Source: Zygnema circumcarinatum SAG 698-1b
Lineage: Eukaryota; Plantae; Zygnematophyceae
DNA: 64,000 nt
Assembly: GCA_037447605.1 (NCBI GenBank)
Contig: CM074806.1
Coordinates: 2,294,001-2,358,000, forward strand
Reading direction: 5' to 3'
The first letter of the stretch is position 1. Every line of letters begins with the position of its first letter. Positions 39,226 to 51,884 of this stretch are shown piece after piece. The notes beneath the pieces are model-generated. The model worked only from the letters and a program-made list of their open reading frames with translations. It was not told the origin of the DNA and ran no database searches. The translations under genes and the position numbers were made by a program.

Positions 39226-41155
39226 AATGGTTCGGTGGGGCGGGAATCAATGGTCCAATGGTTGCAGTCATTGGCAATGGTTGGCTGGGAAGCCAGCCAT
39301 TGCATGCAACCATTGGCAATGATTGGGTGGGGCGGGAATCAATGGTCCAATGGTTGCAGTTATTTGCATGGTTGGCTAGGTAGCCAGCCAATGGCTTCAA
39401 CCATTGGCAATGATTCGGTGGGGCGGGAATCAATGTTCCAATGGTTGCAATTTTTGGCAATGGTTGGCTGGATAGCCAGCCAATGGTTGCAACCATTGGC
39501 AATGGTTGGGTGGGCAAGCAATATATCGCATTTTTGCACCAGGATATATCGAGAGGTATAATATCGCGATACATCCAATACTTCCATACCGCTTTATCTC
39601 GCGTAAGTTCCAGAATCGGCCCCTCCGCCAAGCTGCCTCCAAATCGAAAAATTTAAATTAACGTGGCGCCTACTCATTGGTCGCGGTGCGAAAGCTCTTT
39701 ATCTCTAGCCCCGCCTCCGTGCGCTTACCGTGTCCCGCACCACGATGTGCCCACCATCGCTGGACGCCCTTTGATTGGCTGCGCGTGACTTCGATCTCCG
39801 TCTTCGTGGCGCGTCTAGCGACTGTCACGTCATGCCCCTGAATTCGAGCACGTATTGATGTTTGCAGTCGGCCCGCAGGTGCGAGTTCGTCTGTGTGCGC
39901 CGCGTGGCGACTGTGGTCCCATCGAGGCAAAATCTTCCACAGTTCGGACCAGTGGATCGGCAACCATTGAACAACCATTGGATGGCAATGGCTGGACGTC
40001 TACTGGTTGGCAATCAGTCGACTGGTTGCCAACCAGTGGATGCCACTGGTTGGCAACCAGTCGAATGGTTGTTTCGGTCCGCAACCACTGGTTGGCAACC
40101 AGTCGACTGGTTTGGAACCAGTGGATGCCACTGGTTGCAGTGGATGCCACTGGTTGCCAACCAGTGGCATCCACTGGTTGGCAACCATTCGAATGGTTGT
40201 TTCGGTCCGCAACCACTGGTTGCCAACCAGTCGACTGGTTTGTCTAATGGTCCGATCTGTGAAATCTTCTTACGCGTCGACCGTCGTTGGCCGTTGGAGG
40301 ATTCCGCGCCTACCTCATCTCCCCTGTGGATCAGACTGTACGGACGTACAGGTGGCGCCACCGCCGTGGGGGAATGCTGCCGTATGGTGCGCGCGACGTG
40401 ACGGGACGCGCCGTAGGGGGGCTGCCCCTGATCGGATTCGCGGCGACGGAGGACCAGAAAGAATTTCAGCTGCCCTGCCGCCTCTGACCCAATCGCGGAC
40501 GATTGATTTCGCTGGTGGAGCAGAATATACCATTTGAAAGCTGCCCGGAGCCAAACTTGAGCTGCCCGACCGACGCTCACCCAATCGCGGACGTTTGCTT
40601 CGAGGACGGGGCAGCCGAAAACAGTTTAGGGCTGCCCAGAACCAAACCTTCAGCTGCCCGCACGACGCACGCCCAATCGCGGACGTTTGCTTCACTGTTG
40701 CGGCAGCCAAAACCTTTTTCGATCTGCCCGTGGCCAGACTTCAGCTGCCCGGCCGACGCTCTCCCAATCGCGGACGTCCGCGAAGGGTATCCGAACACAT
40801 TCCGGACCAAGGGCTGGACGGACCATGGGTTGGATCAACCATTGGAATGGTCGCGATTTTCAAACCGTTGGTTCCCGATCCAGCCAACCATTGGATCCAA
40901 TGGCTGGTTGGGGACGGAATCAATGGTCCAATGGTTGCAGTCATTGGCATTGGTTGGCTGGATAGCTTGCCAATGGTTGCAACCATACGATTCAATGGTT
41001 GGGTGTGGCGGGAATCAATGGTCGAATGGTTGCAGTTATTGGCAACGGTTGCAACCATTGGCAATGATTGGGTGGGGCGGGCATCAATGGTCCAATGGTT
41101 GCAGGTATAGGCAACTGGCAATTGGTTTTGTATCCAGCCAATGGTTGCTACCATT
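39226..41155. repeat. Composite minisatellite/palindrome complex between the divergent ACD11 and NTF2-like genes
   Basis: GGGCGGGAATCAATGGTCCAATGGTTGCA units at 39226-39515 and ~40820-41155; CCACTGGTTGGCAACCAGT array at ~39950-40245; ~92-bp tandem with CCCAATCGCGGACG at ~40465-40780. Confidence 0.85.
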
Positions 41156-42112
41156 GAGATGGGGAAAAACGGAGAGAGAGAGAGAGAGGGAAAGGGGGAG
41201 AGGGAGTGTGATGGTGGGCCCGGGCATGGTCCCAGCGGGAGATGCTTCCGGACGGAACGCGTGGCACAGCGCGGCATGTATGTGCCTCGCGCAGCGTCGG
41301 CACCGTTCTGTTGCGCTCCGTTGGAGTGTCCAGTTTCCGACTAGGCCATTCTTGAGCGCACAGTTCCCACGACAACTTGGTTGGTCGGACTTCGCGTTCG
41401 ACTCGGCCATGGTTGTGCCATCGCGAGCGATACTCACCATATCCCACCAGGTGTTAAGAACCAACCGCAACCAACTGGTTACTGATTCGAGATTTCAAGT
41501 CAAATCCCCGTTTTCAAAATGCAATTATGGCAAATTGACGTTAATGACGTTACTGCAGGAAGACTATTTTTCGTGGACGTTACTCCGTCGCTAAATGGAG
41601 GGTAGTCATCGAGCTTGCCGACGGCTGCTCTCCGAGTTCCGGGAGACAATGTTGCCATGTTACGTCCAATTTTGAGAACTAGGGAGTAGGGACTCCCCCT
41701 TGACTCATACCATGCGGACCGGACCGTACCGTACTGCGCGGCCTGCCTCCGCCTCTGCCTGCGGCCCTGCTCGCGCGGAGGCCTCCGTAGACCATAGGCC
41801 ATAGGCCTCCAAGCTCCAGTCCTCGCGCGTGCTGGCTGCAGACTCCCCTCGTTGCCTCGTGGAAGCTGCTGCTGTGTTGCTGTTGCTGCAGCTGGAACAC
41901 GGTGGTCCTAGTCTTATGTTTGTGAATTCTCCGAGCAGGAAAGTCGTTTTTTCGTGCACCTTAGAAAGAATTGCATTACCGCAGGGCGATAAGCAATATT
42001 GTTGAGGAGGCAGGGCATTAGGAAGAAAGTTCGTTTGTAGAGGACTTACTGAGACCGCAGGATTGTGGCGTAGTTGTACCACTTTTCTCGTTTGTGTTCT
42101 TTCGCTTTATTC

Positions 42113-45100
42113 ATGGGAAGCTTTTCTTTACTTCAGCCGTTGCCCTGTCCTTCGTCGTTCCTCAGCCCGCCTTCACATCGCCATGCGGAGCTACTGCATG
42201 GGGAGAGTTCGGGCTCAACGCTGCATGCAAGTGCAGCAGCAAAGCGAAGCTCAGCTTGTGGCTTGAGGAGAGGAAATGCGGAATTTATTCAGCGCTCGTC
42301 CGCATGGCGAGGCCTCAATGCGAGAGACTATACTGGAAGGAGGATAGACGGAATGCCAGCTCTTCCGTCGAAAGGATGTATGTCCTTAATCTCTGTTTGT
42401 ATGCTTTGCTGGATTGCCAAGAGATGGAGCTTTTCGTGAAGTTTTTGGTCGATCCCTCTGTGTTTCAATTTGTTCGTATGGCATAAGTTGCATCTTGCAG
42501 TCTGCTTCCTTCTGCGGGATAATTGATTAAGTTCCTCTTTTAGGTTGCCGGCATTTGTTAAACTAGGTCACTGAATAGCGAGAGCTAGAATTTATAGAGC
42601 GTTGCCAGCTAAAACTGCACTCCAGGAAGTTTTGGGCTCAAACTGGTGCGGCTGAAGGATATGAATAATCTGAATGGCTGCATATAATCTGGAATTTTTG
42701 AAGAGTCACCATACTTCTTCACGTCACTGTGACGACAACATATTTGAAAAAACAGATGACTTTTGTGTAGCGACAGTGTTGGCAGTACCGAACAGCTATA
42801 CCCCTAAGCCAACTATGAAACAGAGTTTCCGTCAGAATTAAAAGTGTTGCGCATAGAATAAAACTCCATATGAGTATAGCACGATAACAGTGCCAGACTT
42901 TACCACCAATTACATAATTCAGCACACTCCGGGGTTTTTTTTTTTTTTTTTGGGCGTGTGCTCTCTCTTATTTCTCCTGACTTTAGTTCCGTTAGAGCAA
43001 TAGCTGTCATTATCAGGTGTTGTGAGCAAACTGAAGCAGTAGTAATGTCAGGTATGGATGGGATATGTTATTTCTATCACGTTCCATGACGTGATGTTCA
43101 TATCCTTCATAAACTTACTGGAGAAATGTGTCCTGCAGCTTGTTAGAAGTTCAAATGGATTCGTTGAAAGTGGCAGGGGCGCTTGAAAGTTTGAGGCGTG
43201 CTTAGGCAGAGTCGAAAGACATTGTCGTAACTTCATTCTTTTTAGTTTGACAGGGGAATTTGTTGATTGCGCTCATGTATTTTTGTCATCGCGGCCTTAT
43301 GAAACTAGCAGCATTTCATCTCATGTGGGTGCAACTTGAGTGGGCATCACATTTGTTGGGCTCGTATTGCAACAATCAGTTTGCCTTCCGGTAGTTTCTT
43401 GTCCGTTCGTCTGTACTTTCTGGCAGGTGCAGTACACGTGGCGGGTCCTTGATTTGGATAGACTACATATTCCCCATATTTGTTCACTGATGACATTGTG
43501 AGAGATGTATATTTTGTTTATTTTTGCTGCGAGCAATACGGTTTCCCTTGAGTGGAAAACAAATAAAGGGATTTCAGGAGCACATTTGAGATTGCTTTCT
43601 GTCGTTTCACCCGAAGCCCTTTGCGTGTTCCTGCAGGCTGCCAGGCCGTTAGGGCTGGACCCTCTGAAAGCACGGAAACGGTTGCAACAAGGGAACAAAG
43701 CGGCAGTGCAGAAATAGATAACCTCGTTGGAGGAATTTCTTTCAGCCAACTGTGTGATGATTTCGAGTGTGTGAGCAGCCCTGCAGTTGAACGGACAGCG
43801 AGGCAATTGGCTCGTGATATTATCGACCTGAAGGAGAATCGGCGGCTACTCAGCTGCTATGGCCCCTTCGTGAAGTACAAGGTGAGATTTTGTTACTTTC
43901 GTGTAGAGTTCTGGGTGGCCACCGAGTTTCTAGTAAGAAGCTCAGGACTTGCCTTTCTGAAGATATCATAGGATTACGCAAACAGTTTTTAAAGGAAGAT
44001 CTGGTTCTCCTATGATTGACGAGTGAGCGAAAATTACGTTTAAATAGACGTGATGTAGATATCAAAGTCAAGGGTAAAGGGCAATTGTTAAGCAGTCCCC
44101 TTTGGTAGCTTATGCTCAAACTATTTATGCTGTATGTTTCAGCATATGCTTGTGTCAGTTTGCCCTACGGTAAGAATTGTTGTCAATAACTTTACCAGGC
44201 AGCTCTTATTGATGTGTCGAGTCCTGGCAAAACATGATAAGCTGATTTGTTTGATACGGACAAGCGGCTTCCACCCGTCAGGAGAGGAAGAACTTGGAAA
44301 AATGTATCGTAGAAATTGAACCATTCATGCAGGGCATCTGCCAGGGGTTTCCAGACCTAAATTTGGAAATTCCCTTGGCGTGCAGGATCCCTTGAGGTCA
44401 TTCACTGGGCGAGAAAAGTTCAAGCGGCCCTCCTGGCTGCTGAATGCCATCGAGAAGCCTGAAGCGGTGAGTCAATTGTCGCAGCCTCCTCTACAGCGCA
44501 GTTGGCTTGAACGACAACACTATTCTATCCACAGCATTATTCCTGAACTGGTGTATCATGAGCCGTGGTGCTTTCAGGTTTTGTCTCGACCAACAGTCAC
44601 TCGTTAGAGTATGATGTTTCACGACGCCATCATTTGGCTGTCTGCTGTGCAGACTGTACTACAAATGGTTATGCGGAATACAAGTGAGCTCACGATTCGC
44701 TGGCGAGTGAAGGGGACCTTGCGGCTTGCTGGGGCCTCTATCGTTTCCGGCCCCCTCACTCTGACTGTTCGGTCCATCTACGTGCTGAACCAAATCAGCG
44801 GGCAGGTCACGGAGCAGAGCGACGAATGGGACCTTAGCGGCTCGTCGCCACCTGCCGTTGTGTATTTCTGGTCTTCTCGGCTGGCGTGGACTGTGGCAGA
44901 GACGGGACGTGACGCGAAGGAGGCTGTCATGGGAGTGCAGAAGCTGCTCTCGCAGGGAATGGACGACGGGCCCCAAATATACTCTGATCCGAGGGACCCT
45001 CGACGGGTAAGTTGGACTATTACGCCTACATTGGAAACTCGCTTTTGCTCGTTGGTTTTGCTTTTGGCCGTGCAACTTTGGATGTGGCTGTATGGTGAGC

Positions 45101-45413
45101 GAATGGTTAACTATAGTGCTGAGAAGTTGAGGATTTGTGTTGTCTTGTAGTTTTCTTATGGGCAGTGGCGGTGAGAAAGCGGTACTTGCAGTGAAACTGA
45201 TGGCAGATTTAGAAATTTGCAGTCCTCTGCTCCGAGTAGTGATTTGACGTTGGTCCGTAGGTTTTGCAACAACATCCATTATTTAACTTGTTGGGTCTGT
45301 TTTGTTGTGTGCAGTTTTTTCAGGATAACAATCCAAACAGTGAATTGTATCAGTATGGCCTCCTCCTTGCTTTGGTTTATCTGTTAGTGCAGTTTTTGCA
45401 ATTAGTTTTATAG
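42113..45413 (+). CDS. Plastid-targeted NTF2-like (DUF2358-type) protein with C-terminal hydrophobic helix. Exons 42113-42377, 43636-43881, 44386-44466, 44653-45006, 45314-45413
   Basis: GGISFSQLCDDFECVSSPAVERTARQLARDI...VKYKDPLRSFTGREKFKRP...YVLNQISGQVTEQSDEWDLSGSS...DPRRFFQ...YQYGLLLALVYLLVQFL. Ser-rich N-terminus resembles a transit peptide; the first exon is the least certain. Confidence 0.8.
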
Positions 45414-46584
45414 GTGTTCTGAGGCAGGAGTCTTAAGGCTTAATCAATTTGATTGTGTATGGCTTTCTGCTAGCTTGCATGTGTGAAATTCTGTTTTTGC
45501 CTTTCAATATATTTGTGTACAAGTAAGCTAATCGTGCGCGGGCTGTGCAAATCAAATCTACGAGACGCTCAGCACCATAGGCTCACCTTAAGGCATCGGT
45601 TGTGGATTGTTTCGTGGCCATCACATAAGTTAGCTCTCGTGGTGTGTGGTTTCAAACTTGGCAGAGAGTGCTTAATGGAGGTCATTTAGATCGTTGCTGC
45701 ATTGCGCAGGAGTGGTCCTGGAATTTTCTGCCTACTTTATTGTGTCTCTTTAAGCACAGCGTTGAGCATCGGCTGTTCGCAGGTTGGGAATGGGGAAAGT
45801 GCTTGGAAAGCTGCCTGTGAGAGGAGTTGCAAGTATGTTGGGCGGGAGATTCTGAAGAAATGGGTTATGCAATGAGGTTCAAAGGGTTTTCTCTCAGCAA
45901 TGTGTTTCCTTTGCAAATGATACCTGGAAGCGAGGCCACCGACACACAGATGACAATGCAAGTGAGAAGTTCCAGTGCTCGCAACTACGAAGATCAAACA
46001 GACAATCGAAAGAGAGGCAAGGAACACCACCCTGAGGCGAGGCGGGTATACAGCTAAGGAAAGTTGGAAAACCAATCAACTAAGATCGAATTCAAGAAAG
46101 AAGAATAATAATGACGACCACCCATGTGAATAGCGCTACTTAAAAAATGTGAAGCTGCTACTAGTGAAGTGCTACTACTTCGCTACTAGTGGGATATGAA
46201 GACAGTGGTGGCAAAGGGAAGGTGGAGGGGGGGGGGAGGAGGAGGGAAGGAAGGGAGAAGAGGCAGAGCCCCGAAACTCAGACGTGCTCAATGAAATACA
46301 GTCGTAAGGATACCCTGTGCTGTATGGACAGGCGACATATAAGGTGACTTGATCCCGCCTTGGTGCTCAGGCCATGGATATCGGATGATGGCTCTTGCAT
46401 CCATCCCTAGTGGCGCAACAAACCTTCCCTCGAACAAAGGTCGCGACGAGGAGCTGCCGTACACCCGCAGTCACTCGTGCAGTTGGCCCTTGACCTCCCC
46501 GCAAGGCCGCGGACCGCGGGAGGGACCGCCTAATGCCCAAAGCCCTAAAGGCCGTCAGCGCCGACGGTCGGACGCTGCGACTCG

Positions 46585-46892
46585 TCCACGTGGCGACCGC
46601 GCAATTCCAAGCCTCGCTGTCGCGCCACGCCACGTGGTGCAGTCCGATTGGCCGGTCGCTGACTTGGCGCTTGTCTCCGTTTGCCGCTTCGCGGTGGCGC
46701 CACGTGGCAGCCGCGGCTGCCGTTTTCCAAAAAATCTGCGTAGAAAAATTTACAGAGTGGACCCTCGGGGCGCCAGCTGGCTCGAGGTCGGCACAACGTG
46801 GCGCGGGAAAGCGCCTCCGAGGGGCTGCCTCGTGGCACTGCACAGGCGCGTCTCCGGGACACCATGGCGGGCACAAAGGTCGCCACGTGGCA
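46585..46892 (+). promoter_or_regulatory. G-box/ABRE cluster upstream of the EGY3-like gene
   Basis: CACGTG at 46587, 46631, 46701 and 46884 plus ACGTGGC at 46796, all within ~410 bp of the ATG at 46996. Confidence 0.5.
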
Positions 46893-46995
46893 TCTGCTGC
46901 AGGCGGAGGCTGCCGCTCGGAGGGAGAGGGCGGGGCCGTGAGGGGACTGGTAAGAGGGCTGCCGTGGGAGGAATGGTTTTGTTGCTGAGGAAGCC

Positions 46996-49900
46996 ATGGC
47001 TGCACTGGCAAATGCTTGCTTGCTGCAAGGGGCTCCCCGGCAGCTAGGAGGAGGATGTCAGCTGAAGCGACCTGCTCTGCCGTGCTCCATTTCTTTGCAG
47101 GTATCGTCTTGAGTATTCACATTTCGTTTGGGCCGTCGTATTTTCTTGGTTGGCTGGTGGAAGCCGAGTAACATTGTACTTCGTTGCCAGCATGGTATCG
47201 CTTTCTTTTTTTAAATGCTTGGTGTTCCAAGCTGGTCCTGAAATTTGGATAGAGCCTTGCATTTTAATAAGCTTCTCCAGAGCATGGTTTTCACTTTTCG
47301 ACAGTCCTTTCCTTATGTGCGGACAATTTGCTTCTTCCCACGTTTGCAGCAGGGACCAAATCAGGGATATTTTCCTCAGTTGAATAGAGGGCAGAGATCT
47401 GGAGGCCGGCGATTCAAAATACGCGCTGAATCTGATGACAACAAGGATGGCCGAGCTTCTGTGAAAGACCGGGAGACGAATCCTCCGTCGGACGAGGACC
47501 TGAGGAGGTTCAAAGCTAATCCGTCGATTGAGGCAGCCGTTAAGGTATCTTCGTTTGGCTATATGAAGGCCCGTGTTTCGAATTCTTTGCTTGGAGTCTT
47601 TTTTTTCTTGAAGCCTTTCTTGAAGTCGTCTTGAATTCTTCCTTCAAGTAATTTTTTGTACGGTGTTTGACTTTTGCCTCTGTTTTGCCATTTTGTAGCT
47701 AGAGAAGAAGAGAGCAGAATTACGCCTTGCAGAGATTGACAAGGAGGATCATCCGGGTTTTCTGCGCGGGCTCCTAGCGAAAGCTGTACGGAATGCTGTG
47801 GTCAGGGAGAGAGATCGACTTGAGAGGGCCGAGGAGCAATTTAAGGCCCTAGACTTAAAACAGGTATTCTCTCGCTGGAATTTGACGTAACGAATATCGG
47901 GATTGTCATTAACTGTTCGCTTCATCTCACTACCGCGTAGTCAAGCTCCATCAGCAAAATGAGCTCTAGCTGCAAAGTGACCCATTTGCATATTGTAAGT
48001 AGTCAATACTCTCTTGTGACCACGTTTAGTGTTTGTTCCTTGAACATTTCCTCTGTATTGATCAATCGCGTTTAGGAGGGGCATACAGCTCAAGGAGTGC
48101 TTCGGATATGAGACATTCTTCGCAACCGATGTGCGCCGTTTTGGGGATGGCGGCATCTTTGTCGGAAACTTGCGGCGGCCATTGGCTGATGTCAAGCCGC
48201 TGTTGGAACGACGGTTAAATGAAGCTGCTGGACGTGAAGTTGACGTATGGTTTATGGAAGAAAACACAAAGGACGGTGTGCGGCAGGTAATCTGATACTG
48301 CATTCCCTTACGCTAAGCTCTTTGAATGAATTGAAAATCATGTTTTGTTTGGGACGTAGGACCTTATCTAGCCTATATACATTTGAGACGTCGGAAATCT
48401 GATAGTTCTGGTAACGAAACTCCGCTGTTCCTTTCATGTTTGGTTGTATCCAATCTTGGGAAAACGTACATGCATGGAGTTGGTCGTTCGTCTCCATGAT
48501 CAGTTTGTGCATTTGCGCCTTTTCATTCTGAGATCTGTTGAAATTCGGCGATTGCTTGAGTTATTGCATAGGTTAAGTCGAAGAGCCCTAGGAGAAATGA
48601 GTTGAGCTACGTTCGTTTCTTCAGATGGATTTCTTATCTTCATAGAAGAAATAATATATTATCTTCTCTTTCTTGCCTTTATCATCGGTTGTAACATATC
48701 ATATCATTAGACTTCATGCAGGTCTGCGTTGTCCAGCCCAAAACAGAAGTGAATCTTCAGTTTGACAGATTAAACACTCCGTTCGGCTATTTAGGAGCAT
48801 TGCTGTTGGGAGTTACTACTTTGGGAACAGTCGCAACCATGAGCGGCTTTTTTCTGAGTCCGGATGCCACCTATGACGATTTTGTGGCTCGAGTTCTTCC
48901 TTTGTTCGCGGGTTTTACTACCATCTTTGCGGTATCAGAGGTGCGTTTCTCTTATGCGATAGTGCATAGTTGGATGCCATACGCCATCAAGTTTTTTCGA
49001 CTCTTTAGTTTCTGTTTCTCATCAGTTCGTTGCAGGGTCGTTTGTATGCGTGTCCTGTTAACTGCTAGATTGTTTTCTCTTTCTCTTTGTGTCTCTCTGT
49101 GCAATTTTGTTCAGTACACTCAATGCCTTCCTTCCAGGCTGAGTTCCCTACCCCTATATTGTTGGGCTCATCCGTACCTTTGTTTGGGCTATAACCAGTC
49201 ATACTTTCCAGCCGACCATCCAGCCGGGAAGTGCCTAAAGCAGCTAGCCGCTGTACTGAACAATTTTGTGTTGCATACGGATTTGAAACAGCTGGCTACT
49301 CGTTGGACTGCTGCATATTACGGTGTCAAGCTAAGTCCAACGTTTTTGATTCCGTCCAACTGGACTGGCTGCCTAGGAGCTATAAACAACTTTGAGTCTC
49401 TTCTGCCCAGCAAGAAAGCATTATTTGATATCGCCGCTGCCAGAGTCACCTCAGCCTATGTCACTTCCTTCCTGCTGGCTGCTATCGCCTTTTACTTGGA
49501 CAAGGACTTCTCTGGAGGAGACAATGCATTGTGAGTGCTGTCGATGTAGAATATCGAGTTTTATTTGTTTCAGCAATGTTCAATAAGTTTCAGTGGGAAA
49601 TTGCAATTCTTTGAATTGTACTGCCAATAGAAGTGAGCAACTCAAATTATCATGATTTTTTTGTTGCTCTGTGCATGCCTTAACAGGTATATTCGTCCTC
49701 AGTTTTTCATCAACAACCCACTACTCTCCTTTATTCAATACGTGATAGGTCCCTACAACGATGAGTTAGGCAACGTACTGCCCCAGGCAGTCGAAGGACT
49801 TGGAGTGCCATTGGATCCTTTGGCCTTTGCAGGTCTACTGGGTATGAAAACAGCTTCCTACTTTGGAACTGAATTTCCTCAATGGTCGATACAGAGTTGT

Positions 49901-50429
49901 GGTTATCGTGAAGGGTTTGTCCCTGTATATGCGAGTCATCTGTGTGAAGAATGCTGAGTCTTTACCTCTGACGCCTCCGTAGTTGAATTGCATTATCATG
50001 CACGTGCAAATAGATCTTGCAAGTCGTTGAACTCCTGCAAGGACTACATCTGACATGTGCCTCGTCTCTTCAGGCATGGTCGTGACCGCTCTCAATCTCC
50101 TGCCTATTGGCCGGCTCGAGGGTGGGCGCATAGCGCAGACCATGGTAGGGAGGGGGAGAGCGGCCTTCTTATCACTCGGAACGACCATATCGCTGGGCAT
50201 AGGCGGCTTCAGCGGCAGCGTGCTGTGCTTGACATGGGCTTTCTTTGCGAGCTTCTTCCGCCGGGGAGAGGAAGTGCCGGCACAGGATGAAGTTACCGAG
50301 CTGGGCACAGGACGACTGATATGGGGGGCGGCCCTGGCTATTTTCTGCATACTGACCCTGTTTCCCAACAGCGCGGGTACATTTCCGAGTGTCTTCTATA
50401 CTCCGCCATTTTGGCGGAATGATTTTTGA
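46996..50429 (+). CDS. EGY3: EGY3-like chloroplast M50-family (pseudo)metalloprotease. Approx. exons 46996-47100, 47349-47544, 47699-47862, 48089-48286, 48722-48940, 49291-49530, 49687-49841, 50074-50429
   Basis: ANPSIEAAVKLEKKRA; CFGYETFFATDVRRFGDGGIFVGNLRRP; YGVKLSPTFLIPSNWTGCLG; YIRPQFFINNPLLSFIQYVIGPYNDELGNVLP; GMVVTALNLLPIGRLEGGRIAQ. No HExxH motif seen, as expected for EGY3. Confidence 0.92.
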
Positions 50430-51716
50430 AAAAATAATGAACCGTGAACATCGGTTTGTTTAGCAACGTGTTTTTTGTATAGCGTGAAAGGGCTCCTCTA
50501 CGCGTACCGTTTTGTACAGCTGTCCCAATGGCTCCATTGAGTCAGTTTTGGCAGGAGATGTCAGTGCTCGATGACAAGGTTTTGCGACCAGTTCTTCGTG
50601 GTTTCCCATTTTGATTTTGTCCATGTACATTTGATGGCATCCCCATCGTGAAATCAATGCCACATTCCCGTCCCCTTTTTTCTTTCGCGTGTTTATACTC
50701 GGGGTATGCGTGCATATATCAGAGCGATGAAAACGAGGAAGTCATGTGTAAATTGGTTGTCAGGTTTTGTCCCCCTTCAACACCAGGAACGGCGAAAAAT
50801 TATAACGTCGTTATATGATGCCGACAAAACCATTCGGATGAATGGGGTGCTACTTAGTTGGCTTACGAATATTCACATTCTTAGGGAAGCTTGCAGGATG
50901 ATGAAGTTTGGTAACTTCATCCTCAGCCTTTTCTGCACACACTATTCAGAATCACAGAGAATTTTGGATTAGCGTTGTTATGCTACTGTGCGGCCCAATT
51001 GCAGTGCTTATAACACACAAGCGGACCACTGAAAGCTGGAAGCGAAACCGTATTTCGTTCCCCGTCTAGCGTGTACCGTCCAGCAGGCGGCACGGGCCCA
51101 CTCTGCACTACTGCTCTAGGTTGCCCGTTTGACGCTCAGAGTCCGAAGCTGAAGGCGAGGCTGAAGGTGCACACTGCAGAGGGCGCCGCTGCTCACGATG
51201 CTGTAGGCTGCTTGTGAGCAACTGCGGCAAAGCGGTGCTGGGAGTACTTTGCACACAGTAGGTTACATGCAGGAACAACAAAATTACCGTGTCTTGGTAA
51301 AGGGAGCAGTGCAAGAGACAGCGCAGTTCGAATGTAGACAAAAGTCAGCTTGGATGTGAGGCAAAGTCAAGTTGTCACTTAAAATTTAGAGTCAGGAAAC
51401 AATAGTTGAACCAGCACTATATGAAAGTAGTGCTTAGATTGGCAAACGATTGCAGGATGTGTATAGTAGATCCCTCTACGTGCTACTTTCTGCAAGCCAG
51501 GTTGTTTAAAATCGTTTCAAACTGCAAATTTTGTTCAGACTGTCTGACTTTGCTGCAATTAAGGGATTGCCTAGAAAAAGATTGAAAGTGGAGAGACAGC
51601 CTGAACAACTTTTCTTTTCTTCCGACTGAGCTGTCGTACAGCTATTATCAATTTCCCACACGTAAAACCCCCTTGTGTCAAACCTTTCAAAGTCTCCCAT
51701 TCGCGCAAGTTCAGGT

Positions 51717-51884
51717 CTAAGGTCCCAGCAGCTGATGAAAGGCAGGCCGGGGCTCGGTGTACATGCCTACAAGAATGACAAAGGGCACAAAGCCATAGTG
51801 CGCCGCAACCTTCAGCTTGCGAAGCACCCAGGTGGGCCATTCCTTCACAGCTATTTGCACATCCTCAGACTTTGGCCACGCCAT
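51717..51884 (-). CDS. TOM7: Mitochondrial import receptor subunit TOM7 (55 aa, below the ORF-track cutoff); probable non-coding first exon ending at 53711
   Basis: Manual translation: MAWPKSEDVQIAVKEWPTWVLRKLKVAAHYGFVPFVILVGMYTEPRPAFHQLLGP*, matching the plant Tom7 pattern KEW..W...K.KV..HYGF(I/V)P.VI..GM...P.P...QLL.P. Confidence 0.92.
   Translation of the reverse strand: MAWPKSEDVQIAVKEWPTWVLRKLKVAAHYGFVPFVILVGMYTEPRPAFHQLLGP

Noticed and set aside
40465-40780. CRISPR-like CCCAATCGCGGACG array
   Set aside because: The whole ~92-bp units align; there are no unique spacers.
40503-41594. 363-aa ORF with MVQWLQ repeats
   Set aside because: Derived from the minisatellite units; no domain or splice support.
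41581-41690. Stowaway-like TACTCC...GGAGTA ends
   Set aside because: The inverted match is only about 6 bp and does not extend.
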